A stretch of DNA of 64,000 bases from Camelus ferus (lineage: Eukaryota). Of the stretch, positions 12,971 to 28,000 are shown piece after piece. The position numbers and the translations under genes were made by a program. The stretch covers positions 13,208,001-13,272,000 of the forward strand of contig NC_045696.1 in the NCBI RefSeq assembly GCF_009834535.1, in the 5' to 3' direction. Under the pieces are notes generated by a model that searched no databases, was not told the DNA's origin, and saw only the letters and a program-made list of their open reading frames with translations. Position 1 is the stretch's first letter. Each line of letters opens with the position of its first letter.

Positions 12971-14779
12971 ACTGGGGATAGATTATTGATATTTGAACAT
13001 TGTTGTCTTATCAAAAGTTGTCTTATAAATGTGATAAATACATGTATATTGAACAAATAAAATACCCCAAACAATTACATTTTAAAATCTCATCTCCAAG
13101 TCACTTTTACTTTAGATAAATCCTGATTTAAGGGAAAAAAAAACTTAAAAATCAATCAAAGACATGGAACTCAGCCATGCAGAAATCTGAACTTGTGAAG
13201 CAGGTACATCAGAGGTAACTAGTTGCTTTAAAAGCAACCGTTTCCTCTAATATATAATTAAATATATTATTTCATTAAATAATAAATTCTCATGGCTTTT
13301 CAAAAATTAATTTACAAAAATCATTTTGAAGGAAGCCTCTCAGTGAAAGCATTTATACTATAGTGAGGGGCATTTGTCTTTCAAATGTGTATAATAGGAT
13401 CATGGCAGTTCATTATACTCTAATCTCGAATTGATAGAAAGTTACATTTGCAGAATCCCTAAAGTATCAAAAAAAAACACATGTTCCCTTTAAAAAATAA
13501 CCTCTGTGATGTATAAACACCTTTGCTAAAACATGTTTCATGCTTTTCCCTGTTTAGAGTTAAACACTGATCCATTATAGGCAAGATACGAGGCTTTGAA
13601 AAAGGTTGACTTTAATTAACCTCATAGATTTCTCCCCAGACAAGCACATTTTTAAGTCGTAAGAAGTTAACACTTTGGACATTGGTGGTAAAATTAACTG
13701 AATCTTTCAAACATGAGCTAATAACTCTTATGTGAAGAGCACCTTCCTGTGCAGAGATGTTTGTGAGATGTCTTTCATTTTGAGCTTTTTAGATGACTAT
13801 TTCTGTCTGAAACCTGTCTCCCCATAATGGCTCATTGCTTCAGATCCACTGGTGCAGTGCTTAGTAACTTTCTTAAAATGTCTTTTGGGCTGACGGCAGC
13901 ATCTAACCACTCCCTGGAAGGAGATTATATAGGTTAGAGAGTCCCTTATTCCCATAGCTGGTCCAGAATCCCTAGACCATGAAAGCCTGGCAATGACAAG
14001 TCTGTTGTGATTTTTTAAAACTTATTTTATTCAAGTCATTTTAGACTGAATCATGATCTAATATGTGTAATACTCTGATTTGGGTCTGGGAGGACAGTGA
14101 TTTGTTACAAGGTAAGCTTCTGCTGAGAAGCACTTCTTAACATAAGCATTTTCTACCCTTCTGGCTCACAAGAACTTCTGGTGTTCACACCACTTCCTGT
14201 CTGCACAAGGTATGCTGCTTAATCATGTGTTGCGTTGTATTTAGCAGTCTTTGTGCATGTCTCTTTATTGCTATTCAGGCCTTCAAGCCTGGCACAAAAT
14301 TTTCTGTCTTCCCATCTCTTATCTCTTATAGTGCCAACCTCAAGTACTGGCCATATTGGAGAGCCTGGAAAAAATATAAATTGAGCTGAATTAAGTTGAA
14401 CTGCCTTGTTCTGCTTCTCAGCTGAATTCTAAGGGCAGCCTCACCATCTGATGCTTATCTACCATCTGGAAGTGGTTCTGCAAATGCTTGTATGCGCTCA
14501 GCAAAGCTTCCAAGGACTAAGGTCTATGGCCTGGCCTCTGAAAGTCTTTGAGATCTTGGACCCTGGCACTCATTCTGGAATTTTCTGTCCATTAGCAGAA
14601 GACACACCTTCCAGAGATCACTGATAGTACGGAAGCTGAACAAAGACCAAGCTAGAGCTTTTTAAATGCAGAAAGGTTGAAAAAGTAGGACTAACAGCTA
14701 GCAGTAAGGGCTGAATGCTAGTAGTGATGATGTTAGTGGTGAGAATTATAATAACAATTAACATCTTTTTCCTTTTTTA

Positions 14780-15000
14780 TTTAATATTTTTATTGTTTAC
14801 AATTTGCCAAGTAGTATTGTAAGTACATTACCTCTATTAAGTCATTTATTTCTTAAAATAATATTATGAGCTAGATATCATCAATAGACAGGGAAACCAA
14901 GGTGCAGACGGTTTAAATAACTTACGAAGATCTACGTAGCTAATAAGCAGTTAAGTCAGAATTTGAACCCAGTTTATCTGTCTCCAAAACAAAATTTTGC
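14780..15000 (-). mobile_element. MIR SINE
   Basis: GGAAACCAAGGTGCAGACGGTTTAAATAACTT...AGAATTTGAACCCAG MIR core. Confidence 0.7.
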
Positions 15001-17510
15001 TGGAAGTTTTAATTTATATCACAGCATTTTATGTTAGTCCTATCTCCTGAGAAGACTGGGTGGTATCCACAATCTCTGAACAATGAATGAAAACCATCAT
15101 TTAGCTTGGATGATGGTTTGCAAGAGGCATTGAGAAATCCTGTTTTTTTTTTTTTTTTTTTTTTTTCAGGTCTCAAATGATTCTTAGACTTTTACATGAA
15201 AATCCTTTCTTCATCTGGGGAAAAAATGTGAGTTGTTAAACTGTCACCGTGAGAACAAAGTTTGGACTATTCTATCTATCCATAAAGGTAACTAATAGGA
15301 TTACAAGGAGGAAAAAACCCCAGAATTTTTGCACTTGTCTTACTTTCTTATGAGAGATGGAGAAACCTACTTCCTTAGTGCTCCATTATGAAAGACAAAG
15401 TTGTAGTTGGATGCCATTGCATCAACATTCTTGGGTAAAAAAGAGGAAATGGCTTTAGGAAAGCTATTCCCAAGTTGTGTTCACAGAGCTTGGCTGTGAA
15501 CTGACCACTCTTTGTACCTCCAGAGATGCAGAGGGTGGTCTCAGAGAGGGGTGGCGGTGGGGGGTGGTCAGGGAAAGCCTTTACCATTCAGGATTTTGAA
15601 ACAATTGAAAGGACCAAGTAATTCAGCAGTGGAGAGCTGAGAAACCAACATAATTAGTATCATATTATTAATTAGCATTATCTCGAGTAGAAAATAAAAG
15701 GGAGCTTGTTAAAAAATTCTCTTAAATGAAGTCTCTTGAAATTCTAAATTATTAATATACTGATTTATAAAAAGATTCTATTTAATAATTGACGGCCTGA
15801 TAAAGACAAATAAGTGGCCCCCTGATATTTGGAGAATTTCCTAAAACATTTTCAACAGTCCCTGGGCAGTTAATAAAACATTCTGTCTCTCTTTAACTGT
15901 GACCTGGTAATTGGCTTACTAACCGACACCTTTGACCAGACAGGCATTATATCATCCACGGTGCTTAGTACTTTAGTGCAGATGACCTCAAGAAATGTTT
16001 AATAAGCATCATTAACTGTATGACCTTGACCACAAACCTTAAAGTTGTTCTTTTCTTTAAGGGCATTAGCTAGGATCTTGAGGTGTTCATCTATAAAGCT
16101 TTGTGAGTGTACGTGTAATTGAGTTTACAATGTAACCCCAATTCTTTTGTGTAAATACAGTCCCTGGTGCTCAGTGTGGTTATTTCACATACAAATGACT
16201 CAATGAAGGAAAACTATTTTAACCTCCCTTGTCTCAGACATGTAGTATCTTGATCCAGCACTTGTTTAATAAATGCCAATTTATTCTTTCAGCCTTGCCT
16301 GAATTCAGATGATGGATAGTGAAACCTCACCTGAGCTATTAAAAAAAAATGTATTTTTCATGTTGAAAATCAAATGTCCCAAATCTGAAATATAAGAGCA
16401 TGCTGTCTGCAAGATAGCAAAGTCCAAAAGAGAAAAAGTTAATGGCTTTTGATTGAAATTTTAGTGAGCAACTTATGGTCACACTTTTCAAGGTGAACCT
16501 TCACTAAAAACATCCCTTGCTCGTGGCCCAGAGACCAAATGTAAGGGATCAGTGTATTTTATTTGTTCATGGATTTTGGTAATGTCTATAGTCCTTTCCT
16601 CTTTGCAAATGCCTTTTCATCAGCTGTAAAACAATTTAGAATCGACTTGAAAGCAAAAGGACAGGCTTGCCATTTGAATATGCCAAAGGGATATTTTTGG
16701 GGCACTGGGGGGACAAAAGCACTTTAAATTATGCTCTGTGTGATGAAAAAAAAAATACTTCTTATTTGAAGTTTCCTTGTGATTGAGTGTAGATGGGACC
16801 CATGTGAGCAAGGCTTATGCCCCAAGAGTGGATCAAAATGTGCTAGGTTAAACCAAGCAAAGGTAGCTAGCTTTCCCTATGGATTCAAAACCATAGAGAA
16901 GATACTGTCTTTGATTAAGAGAGAAAGGGAAGATATAAAGGCTGCTTTGATTGTGGCATTTAGAGGGAACCCTTGGTACTTGGAAATGTGAATCTGGAAT
17001 CTGAACGGCGTCATCAAAGTAGTGATGGATTCAGTACTCCTCAACCACTCTCCTAATGATTGGAAAACAGCAAACAAAAAAGATATTCCTCTATAATGTG
17101 AATAAAATGTTTACAAAAAGAAAAAACAATAAGAGAGAAAGGGAGGGAGGAAGGCCTCCATGTCACTGCAGAGGTAACACATTAATGTAGAGCCAGGTCA
17201 GAACTAAGTCCTTGTGACTGTAGCTGCTGTCACTCACTGACAGGGCTGAACTACCCACAGAGCTAAGAGGCTGGGATGTTGCTTTCCCTTGCAGAATAAT
17301 CCGGCTTAAGAACCCTGAGTGTGTATCCCTCTGAAGCTTTCTGACAGCTTGCCTCCCTCCAGGGGAAAACTAAATCGGATTTAGTCCTTGTTCTCTTCTT
17401 GCAAATAAATTCCTTCTTGATAAATATGGTTGCTGGGTTACAAGCTAACTTGTAAGTCGAGGAACATAGGGATAGTGTCTCTTCCCCTGTGGATCTCTAT
17501 GTATCCTTCC

Positions 17511-17853
17511 TGCTATGGTCTGAATGTGCCCCCCCCTCAAATTCATATTTTGAAATCCCGACTCTCAAAGAGGATGGTACGAGGAGGTAAGGCCTCTGGG
17601 AGGTGTTTAAATCATGAGGATGGAGCTCTTATGAATAGGATTCGTGCCCTTATAACTCCAGAGAGACCCTTGCCCGGTCCACCATGCGAGGACACAGGGA
17701 AAAATATGTGACCTGGAAGAGAGCCCTCTCCAGGCCATGCTGGCACCCTGATCTTGACTTCCAGCCTCCAGAACTGTGAGAAATAAATTTCTGTTGTTTA
17801 AAAACTATCCAGCCTGTGGTGTTTTGCTATAGCAACCTGAACGGACAAAGACA
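17511..17853 (+). mobile_element. MaLR solo LTR (MLT1A-like)
   Basis: Starts TGCTATGGTCTGAATGT, contains GCTGGCACCCTGATCTTGACTTCCAGCCTCCAGAACTGTGAGAAATAAATTTCTGTTGTTT, ends AAGACA. Confidence 0.9.
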
Positions 17854-17934
17854 CCTGCTCACTTCCCTTCTTTCCCCCTTCTGTCTTTCCCTCCTCTGAT
17901 AGAATTCCATCTTATAGAATTAATTCATTACTGC

Positions 17935-18080
17935 GTTCATTCACTTATTGAAAACATATTTTCTGAGTGCCAACTGTCCCTACTATGTACCTAGTAGGTG
18001 CCAGGCACTGTCTCCAGTTCTGGGGATATAATGGCAAACAAAGGAGGCCAGTTCCCTATCCTCAAGGAGCTTTCCTTCTA
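17935..18080 (+). mobile_element. L2 3' fragment (orientation approximate)
   Basis: TTCATTCAC..TGCCAGGCACTGT..CTGGGGATA..CCTATCCTCAAGGAGCTT L2 signature. Confidence 0.65.
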
Positions 18081-18109
18081 GAACTCTCTGAAGTTTGACT
18101 GAACCCCGG

Positions 18110-18270
18110 GTCTTCTATCAATAGCTTTTTTAATTTGTGGCAAACTATTTAACCGAGCTATGCTTCATTTTCCTCATCGTGTAATGGGGGTAATATTAGT
18201 TCGTATCGGTTGGCCTTTGTGAGGATAAAATGAGATAATGTACATAAAGCAGTTAGGAGCAGAGCGTGTG
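18110..18270 (+). mobile_element. MIR SINE
   Basis: CTTCATTTTCCTCATCGTGTAATGGGGGTAATA..GTGAGGATAAAATGAGATAATGTACATAAAGCA. Confidence 0.75.
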
Positions 18271-20426
18271 GCTATGACCTAGTGTGCAATGCGTGCTGCC
18301 ACCTTCCCCGAAGTTGTTTCCCTGAGGTGTTTATTGCCTCCTCATTTGCCTGGGCACCTGGAGAGACCACTTTGCTTAACGCTTCATTTTCAGCACCAAG
18401 GAGCAAGCAGGAGCCCTTTGAAAACGCCCAGGGAGCAGCAATTGTGGGAGCAGCACAGAGCTGTTGCAGGTTAGTGCACTATCCAAGCACACGTTAGTGT
18501 GGTCACCCCAGGTCCTGCCAGAAGATGTGGGAGGCAGCACCCTTTTATATGCAGAAACCCTTTATACATGAGCAGAAACAAGTCAAAATGAGGTTAAGGG
18601 ATGCTCTGAGGATACACAGGCTGTTTGCGCAGAGGGAAAGTCAGGTCTATTGTTTTTCCAAAGGGTAGTATCTCTCCTATATTTATAGCGTGCATATATC
18701 TAGAGGGTAGTAGAATCTTCTCTGCCTCTACTCATGACTTCCCAATACTTTGAAACTTTTTGATATTGGTGAGAGAAGTAAGTCATTTCAGATACTTTTT
18801 CAGACACACTCAATTCTACTTTGGCTGTGTCCCTCTGTCCTATATGCCTTGCAGGTCACTGTCCTGGTTTCTGACAAGTATTGTGATGAATTACAAGCTG
18901 GGGGTAACTTGAGTTTCTTCACACTATTGATTTTAGGAAAATTCAAGCTTTCAGAAAGTTGGCAAGTCATATATTTAATGTCATTTGTCCTTAAAACAAC
19001 ACTTGTCCAAAGAAGAAACAATCACCACACTTTATACTTTCACTAAATCAATGACATATTTCTTAAAATAAAAAAAAGAATTTAAATCATTTTTTAACAG
19101 AAAGGAAAAGAAAATCTTAACTTTTTACATTACTCAGATTCCTGATAAACTTCTGGGTATAGTTTACTCTTAAAGTAAGTTTTTAATTTATTTATTATTA
19201 TTGTTAATTGTTAAAGCACATCCACTCTACCTATTTATTAATTTGTGAACTAATACTGTTATACAAAGAAGTGTTCACTTTTTTTATCCTTAGTTTTTTT
19301 TTTTTTAAATTTTGTCTCTATATTAATATTCTTCACAAATCAAAGGAGTCTACTCATTCCTGGGGTGATAACTTCATTTTAGGTAATCCAGGTTTGAAGC
19401 ACTGACCAAGGTGTTTTTACAGTTTATTTTGGTTACAATTGCTGTTTTCCTTTTTTTTTTTTTCCCACATGGACAGCTACCTCTTACAAGAATGTTCTAG
19501 CCTGTCTCTGTCATGGACTGAGTATGAGATTTTGAACAGATAATTTAGCTTCTAAAGGTTTTTGTTCTCTTCAAAAGTAATATGAAGGGCTGAGCTTTCT
19601 CACCCCTTAGGTTTTTTGTCATCTCTAAGCCTCCCTGAGTCTATTAAAATCCGTTTCCCCCCCCACAGGAGATAAAATACCTGAGATTTGCTAATGAAAG
19701 TACTACTGCTTATTCCATAAGCAAGGCAGAAGTCAGTTTCATTACTGTGGGCGAGTCGTTAGAAAGACTGGAACAACGAAACACACTTGACACTGAAACT
19801 GTATTGATTTCAACTTAACTCTCCTCTGGTGCCTCGGAAAGCACTCCAGGCTGTTGGAAAGCTTCAGGCTATGCTGGGAGCATTGTCCTCGTTGGTGCTT
19901 AGGCAATATTAGACTGGAGACCCCTGGGATTTTTTTTTTTTTTTTTTGGTTTTTAATTCTCCAAATAAATTCCAGTTTCAACACATTTACTTGTCATCTG
20001 CTCCTGTCTCATCCAATACAGAACAGAAAGAACAAAACAATGGTATTCAACTCTTCTGATTGTAAGAATTTCAGATTAAGGAAGCTTTGTTTTGTGGGTT
20101 TCATACAAGAGTGATTAGTTAATCAGTGGTTAGACTGTATTCAGAAAACAGCACTTTTCTGGTGTAAAGGCAAGAAAAGGTATTGAAGATGCTAATCTGT
20201 GGATCTGAGTGCACTAAACTGGGGACAGAGGGAATGATACCTAATTGGGGACTGAAGATACTGCATTATGCTGACTGCTGAGGGCACCTGGGTTCCTTAT
20301 TATCAGATTATGTCATTAGAAATTTTATCTTATAATAAAATTGTCTAACTTTGGTTTTTTCTTTGACAGACTCTTATTCCACATCCTCCTCCTATCAATA
20401 TGTTAACCGCTGAGAGTATATTGTCA

Positions 20427-20681
<255 letters not shown>

Positions 20682-23271
20682 TTAAACAGGGTTAGGAGAA
20701 AAGAGGACTCATGATTCAATGCTAGTGTAGGGAGAGAAGACATTTCTGTGACACAAAATTATAACTCTATCAAGGACTTACTCTCTCGTGTGTAGGTGAA
20801 TAGATGCATTTTTTTTTAGCAAATGAAGCAAAATCTAAATGATCTTTTATCATTCATTACTGTGCTGCTTAAAATGTAATTTATTGGCATTGGATGGGAT
20901 TAAATGGTTTTAATCCTGAGACATTCTATGCCTAAAATGTATAGATAGTTTACTCACTTAGCTTTGAGTTTATTTGCTTGTTTTTTGCTGAAAAGTCTAT
21001 CCCCAGATTTCTGGCCTTTTGTTACTGTCTAATATTCATCTTATGGTATAAAATAAGATGTTCTAGGTCTTTGTACAACTGTGAAAGCTTTGAAATACTA
21101 ACTTATTTTTATTTGATATTAAAGAATGTGTGAATCTTTCAAAAGATTAATATATCATGCCATTTATCACATGTATTTTAATAAAACAGAAAAATCAAAT
21201 GAAATTGGATGCAACCATACTTGACAGTATATAAATCTTTTTTAAAAAATTGTTTTATGTTACTTTTGAAGTCAAAATTATTTTTTTCTAATGTAGATTC
21301 TTATTTTACTAGAGACTATATTTACCAAAAAGGCAAAATTTTGTCCTCAAATGAAGTACTATTTTTTAAAACTGTACATCAAAGATTGGCTGTTTCTCAG
21401 GTGAAAAGGGGCCCTTCCTGGTAAAAAGATACATTTTAGGTGTTATCAGGTGATTCCTGATTATTTGTAAAAGGTAATATAAAGGCATTTACTGGGTTAC
21501 CATAAAAATCCTTTCTCTCTTAAAAAAAGGGTATATAGGTAAAGTTTATTTCCACAAAGGAAAAACGTGTGTGAAAACTCTCTAGCTCAAAACTGGTTAA
21601 CTGCACTATGGAAGTCTATAAATCCAGCAGTAGAATCAAAGGGGGCAGAAAGGCCTATGCGAGCTCACGTCAATTGTGTCAATTCATGGATGAATTTCCC
21701 TTGCCTGAAATTCACTACTGGTCCTGTACTTAGAATTTCCTCCACGAACTTGTAGGAATGACAGAGTTTATGTGGCCAGTTAAAAAGTGGAAAGAAAACA
21801 CCCTAAGTTTAAAAATCCAAAGTGTTGAAGTTGAGCAAGTGAAATATCTGATTTAAAGGAGTCTTTCAATTCTGATTGGTGTTTTGAAGTTTTGTAGTTA
21901 ATGGCTGAAGCTGAGGAGGGAAATTGGAGTTTAGCAGTCTACAAATAAATGAGTTCATGCCCAGGTTTAATCTATAAACAGACACACATATTGCTTAGAA
22001 ATCAAAGCCAGCTCAAAGCTCGTGATAACCAGGTTGGAAGAGTTTCTGGGCTTTGAATTAACAGATATAGTCTCCAAAAGCTACTAGGTATCTTTGTGCT
22101 TTATTCTCTTTTAATGAGGTTAATGGCTTCCCTGTGGTTTTTATTTCTTTCTTTTGTTTGTTTGTTTGAATTTTGGTGTGTAATATTACACAGATTTATA
22201 ATAGTTTTCATTAAATTGCCTCCAAGGATTTAGTAGAACAGTTTGTTGCTATTGTTTTAATCTTGTGGTTTAATGGGATTTATATGCCTGTGGGTGTGTG
22301 TGTGTGTTTAATGCCCAAGTTTGTTTCATATCTTTGTACTTAATTGATCTAACAGCCTTGTGGCAGTGCGATATGATTTTAGATCTTTAGTTGGCGATCA
22401 TTAAAATACCATTTATTTCATAAAACAGCCATGGGAAATAAATAATATAGTTAGTAAATGTATTTTCTTAGCTTAGAGGTATAGATTTTCTGCTGTAAAT
22501 TCATCTTTATTTTATTTGGCTGCATTTGTGAAAAAATCAGACTTTAATTTCTTATCTCTATAATTATGTATTATATAGCAGTAAAATTGGACAGACGGAT
22601 AACCAATTGTTGACATAGAATAATAAAGTCACATCTATCATTTTAAAATACTACATATTTATACTTTTGGATAAAGTTGTCTTGGAAATTAAAAAATAAT
22701 TAGTAGAAACCTACTCGAATTACATTTCAAACCCTTAGTAGATAGTATGAATTAGATTTCTCAACATTTCATCTTTTTAAAAAAAATTCACACAATTTTG
22801 TGACTTTTATGACTCTCCATGTTAACTGATTTACTTAGAAATGACTTCCCTCAAGTAGAGATGGTTTGTCTAAGTTTAGAACTCTAGAGGATGAAGTTAC
22901 GGAAGCAATAAAGTAGAGTAAAACATCATTAGAAAACATTTGGGATGAGAGACAATACTTGCTGAAGTCTCTTTAGTGCCTTTTATGGCAGACATGACAG
23001 CCAATCCTGATCCAGACTTTGCTCACGCTCTGTAGAAAAGAGAAAGCCTGATCATCACATTAAAAAAGAAATTAAACGAAATGGTTTCCAACTGAGTACA
23101 GTGACAAGCTTCTGCTAACAAGAGCACACCGTCAGTACAAAGGCTGGCTACCCGGTCCCATGCTACATGCTAAGGACAGATGCCCCAACAGTTACCAGTA
23201 CCACAAATTTGTACACTGTAATGTTTGTTTCACCTGAGAAATATTTTTAAACTTCTTGAAAAACAAGCAGA

Positions 23272-23362
23272 GTCTGGTTGGGGCTGACTGTCATGTACCC
23301 AAGGTAGTGGTAACTAGCAGACACTGCATCCCACGGTTTGCTGTGGATGATGGTAAACTCCA
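23272..23362 (-). promoter_or_regulatory. Editing complementary sequence (ECS) for the GRIK1 Q/R site
   Basis: Imperfect inverted repeat of 24674-24778, with blocks TCATG, CAAGGTA, GCATCCCAC and a perfect 12-mer TGGTAAACTCCA in collinear order. GluK1/GluK2 Q/R editing is known to need a distant intronic ECS. Confidence 0.9.
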
Positions 23363-24701
23363 AACAGGTAGAATATAAAAGAGAAATTTGAAGGGCAGGT
23401 ACACTCATATGACAGAAGGCAGTAGGGCCATACATGCCTGCACAGACTTGCTGCATGCTCTGTGAAACCCAAGTCTGTATTTTTCAGTTTTAATGGTACA
23501 GGAAGGCAAGCTACAGGGAAGGAGCGGGGGTGGGTCTGTTTCACTGTTTTAAAATAATTGCTCACAAGATAAATGCCTTAAAAATCAAATGCACTGGTAA
23601 AGCCATGTATGTCTTCTAATATGCTTTCCTGTAGAATTTATAGTTCTTTGCTGTGTTCTAAACTCATGCAAGTGATTTCTAGTAAATCAGGTGCTGTGTC
23701 TGCACCTATTTGGCAGTGCCTGAATAAACTACACTTAGCTGAAAGATGAGAGAATCTCCCCACTTTCTTCAATTATTTGGCATTTCCACACCAGAGACCC
23801 TTGCTCTTTCTCTCTGGAATTTGTAGACACAGAATATAAACATTTCAAATGGTATGGTAACTCCCTCAAGAAAAGCCTTGGGGTTTACCACTAAGAAACA
23901 AACATTTTTAATATGTATCCCAGTTGAAATTGTCTTTGCCAATTTATTTTACAGCTTTTTGTCAAATGAGCAGATATTCCGAACACAACAGCATCTGTGA
24001 TTTATGATTTTCTTAAATTAATGCATTTAATCTTGAGAAATATTTTCTAGACCATACGCCTGGGATCAAAGCTGAGAAAAATTCTCAAAGGAGCTGGATT
24101 TCTTCCAAAGGTTAAAACAGCTCACTCCTCCTGCCCCAACAAAATCAAAACCCTTCAAATCATAGAAAATGTATGAAATATATTACATTTCTACTATTTG
24201 GATTCTGTTTCTCCAACTGCTCCAGTTTACTGTTGCTATGGCTACCAATTGAGGGAGATTGTAAAAAGTTACTGGGAAGCTAAGATGAATCCCAGTAGGG
24301 TTTGTCAGAGTGGTAATTAGGTGACAGTTTTAGGTACTGCCAGCTATTGGAAGAATGTAAGTCAACCTAATTTTCAAAGGATTCAAATTTCATTTCTTTC
24401 AAACCTCTGACTTGTGGAATTATGGCCGAAAAGGAAAAGACCAGTACCTCCATCTATGCAAATCTGTAAGCACTTTCTAAGCTACTTTATCCTTTACTTC
24501 CTTCTAGGGAACTTTGCATTCCTTGCTTAATAGTAGTCTTATTTTAGACCTAAAGCAAAAGAGTTCCATTTCTGTCATATTTCTGTCTTTTTTATTTTTA
24601 AAACTGTCTAGGAAGCCAAGTTCTATTTGTTTAATTCCTGAGCTAGTTTGGAGCCTACCCTCTAGCTTCTTGGTGGAGTTTACCAGCATGAAAGCCTGTC
24701 A

Positions 24702-24896
<195 letters not shown>

Positions 24897-25393
24897 TCAG
24901 ATACATACATGTGGCACCAGCAAAAACCCACTGGACAATTCAGAACACCCAACAACCAATGAGGAATGCATCAAACCAAACAGTAGGTCCTATTCATAAA
25001 CTCACAGCTTTGATGGGTAAAGTGCAAAGGAGACTTTAGGCACTATATTTAACAGACTTCTGTTTTCTAGGGAAAGCCAGCTGATTGGCTGGAATTGTAC
25101 TTCTCAGATCTATGTCTACTGAATTCTTTTGAGTTTTCATTCATTTCCATTTCACTGAACAACTAGATAGGCTGTAAAGAGAAGTTCACTCATCCCAAGA
25201 ATTTACCCCACCAAGTAGCAATGATAGCAACACACACTTGTTGCATAGCAGATACAGTGGCAGGATTTTGTGTTGCTAAGTGCTGTGGGAGACACGCAAA
25301 ACGCGGGTGACTTGTCTTCAAGGGGCGTCTGTGGATAAAAGCTTAAAGGAGTCTATGTGGTCTAGTGATTTCATAATGTATTAAAGAAGCTGC

Positions 25394-25668
25394 GAGTCTC
25401 ACAGAGACAGAGAACAAACTAGTGGTTACCAGTGGGGAGGGGCAACAGAGGGGTAGGGATTAAGAACTACAGACTATCAGGTATAAAACAAGCTATAAGG
25501 ATACATTGAACAACACAAGGAATATAGCCAAGATTATATAGTAGTTATAAAATGGAGTATAATCTGTAAAAATCGTTGAATCACTTTATTGTACACCTGT
25601 AACTTATATCATATTGTACCTCGACTATACTTCAATTAAAATAAAATAAAATTCACCAAAAAAAAAAG
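25394..25668 (+). mobile_element. 5'-truncated L1 3' end with A-rich tail
   Basis: ACAGAGAACAAACTAGTGGTTACCAGTGGGGAG...TATACTTCAATTAAAA. Degenerate TSD AAAGAAGCTGC / AAAGGAGCTAC. Confidence 0.85.
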
Positions 25669-27791
25669 GAGCTACATGGTTGAAAAAATTGTGAACTAAA
25701 AGGAGGTCTGGATTGAGGTGTATTAGATATGTTTAGGATAGTATATGGAGATAAAAATCACAATCCTTAAATGAAGAGAGAAAATTCAAACATAGTATCC
25801 TGGCCCAGGCATAGGGGTTCATTCGTGTTAAACCCATAACATGTCTCGATGGAGAGTTTTAGGTTCATAATTGCTTCTTGATCCACTTTTAATTGTTTCT
25901 AGTCCATGGTCACTTGAGCACTAACCCTAGTTAGTTAGGAAGTCAGCCTTGAATATGTCACCTAAGCTCTCTAGCCTCAGTTTCCTTAGTAGTAAAGAAG
26001 AGGGAATTCAGATATCCTGGGAGTGTGTTAAAATAAAAATTTGGGGGACTGAATAGATTTTTGGTTCTTTCTATATTTTCTAAACATCTATCTGATCTCT
26101 ATAGCCCAAGGAGCTCCCTGCTCTGGGGTTATTTTTTAGGGCTTTCTTTCTAAGGGGCACTTATCTTTCCAAAGAGACATTAGCAGATGCTCTGCAAAGT
26201 GATCTGGAAATGATTTAAAATGCAGTAGTTCTCAGCACTGGTAGCTTTGCCATTTGCCATTGGGTCCTTTTAATGCAAGCTGGAGTGTTAGAGTAACGTT
26301 AAAACACCATAAGGCTGATGAGAACATATGGAATGCTCTCCAGCCATAAGGCTTCAGCAGTAAACAATAGCAGGTTGCTGAGACATGGGGGAGAGTTGGG
26401 ATTAAGGTGAATACATTATTTATAGCGAAAAGCAGGGCACACTGTGAATCATGCACAAGGAACTGGGCAGACAGTTCCTCTTAATGAAAAACCATTCTCT
26501 ACATCCCTGGACATCTTAAAAGTGTATAGTGTCTCCTCATCCAGTCTTAGGGAGACTGAGATAACAGCCTCGCAGTTTATCCTACAATAATGGTATCTGA
26601 CTCATTACTGCGTCTCCTCCACAGCTGCAGGGCATGCCGGGTAGGTTCCTGTGAAGCTTATGAATATAGCTTTAATTGACAATGCCATGGCAATACATTT
26701 TAATTACTGTTTCAACAATATAATTAAATTTTGAATTTATACTCTCTTATAACCATACTAGTTTGCTGAGCTGAAGAACTGAATACCAATATTAATGAAC
26801 CTACTAATTGAAGCAGTATGTGGAGTACAGAAGCCATTACTTGAACAATATCATTGTCACTTGTACAATAATTTAAAAATATTAATTGCAATAAATTAGG
26901 AGGCTTGTGCATTCAAAAGAAGGAGTTTTTCTAAACAGACCAGAAAGTCTGGCAACCACCAGTCCTCTGATATTCTGGCATTTCTCCCTCATATATGCTC
27001 TGATGAATGAACTCACCACATTTCTCTTTGGAATGCTGCTTTTAATGAGGTCTTGTTTCAGTACTTCATACTTTGCAGCTATAAGTGGACAATTAATCTA
27101 ATTTTCTACGGCAAAAAAGAAAACTGTCTAAACAGCAGTGTGATTCTGCCTGCTCTGCAGAGATATTTTCGGTCCTTTCTCTCTGGGATTCTGAGTGACT
27201 TGGGGAACATGTGGACTGAGGAATATTAAATAGTGATTTGATGCTGTGTAAAGCAATAGACCTACCTGTTGCTTGAATGTAGTTTTTCAGCTTGAAATTC
27301 CTAACACCTACTTACAGATAGCCAGTGTGACAACAATGTCAGTGGTGGAAAGTCTGGGGGAAAGATTAATACATGACCTGCACCAATCATACCCTGAAGC
27401 TGCTATCCTCAACTGAATCTGATTTTTAGTAAAATGATAGAGAAAGGGACAAATGTGCTTAGAATTTATGTCAAAACTTGCGTATAAAATGCTATCGTTA
27501 TGTTGAAATACAGATGCTCATTTCAGTTTTATGTTTATACATGCCAGGCTTTTACTTGAATGGAAGATATAAAAGGATGGTCATACTGAAGATCTCTAAT
27601 TAAGGGACACTCTTTATGGCTGAGAATGGATATTGGGCTGCATCAAGAAGAGGGAGATTCATCTTTTAAAATAGAAAGCTCTGTACAAACTTGTAGTATA
27701 ACTGTTGGGTTTGTATTATAGCCTTAAATTTACAGTCAAAGGTTTTCTTGATTCTTCTTTGCCAGGTACCAATCTAGAAATGTTCATTTTT

Positions 27792-28000
27792 GATACTGAC
27801 AGGCATATATAGAATAGATAAACAAGATTATACTGTACAGTGCAGGGAAATACATACAAGATCTTGTGGTAGCTCACAGCGAAAAAAATGTGACAATGAA
27901 TATATGTATGTTCATGTATAACTGAAAAATTGTACTCTACACTGGAATTTAACACAACATTGTAAAATGACTATAACTCAACAAAAAATGTTTAAAAAAG
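27792..28000 (+). mobile_element. Young 5'-truncated L1 3' end with perfect 16-bp TSD
   Basis: AGAAATGTTCATTTTT at 27776-27791 and 28001-28016 flanks an L1 3' UTR ending in an A-rich tail. Confidence 0.9.

Noticed and set aside
15091..15119. 10-bp perfect hairpin AAACCATCAT-N9-ATGATGGTTT
   Set aside because: Too short for a pre-miRNA or ADAR substrate; a few such stems are expected by chance in 64 kb of AT-rich DNA.
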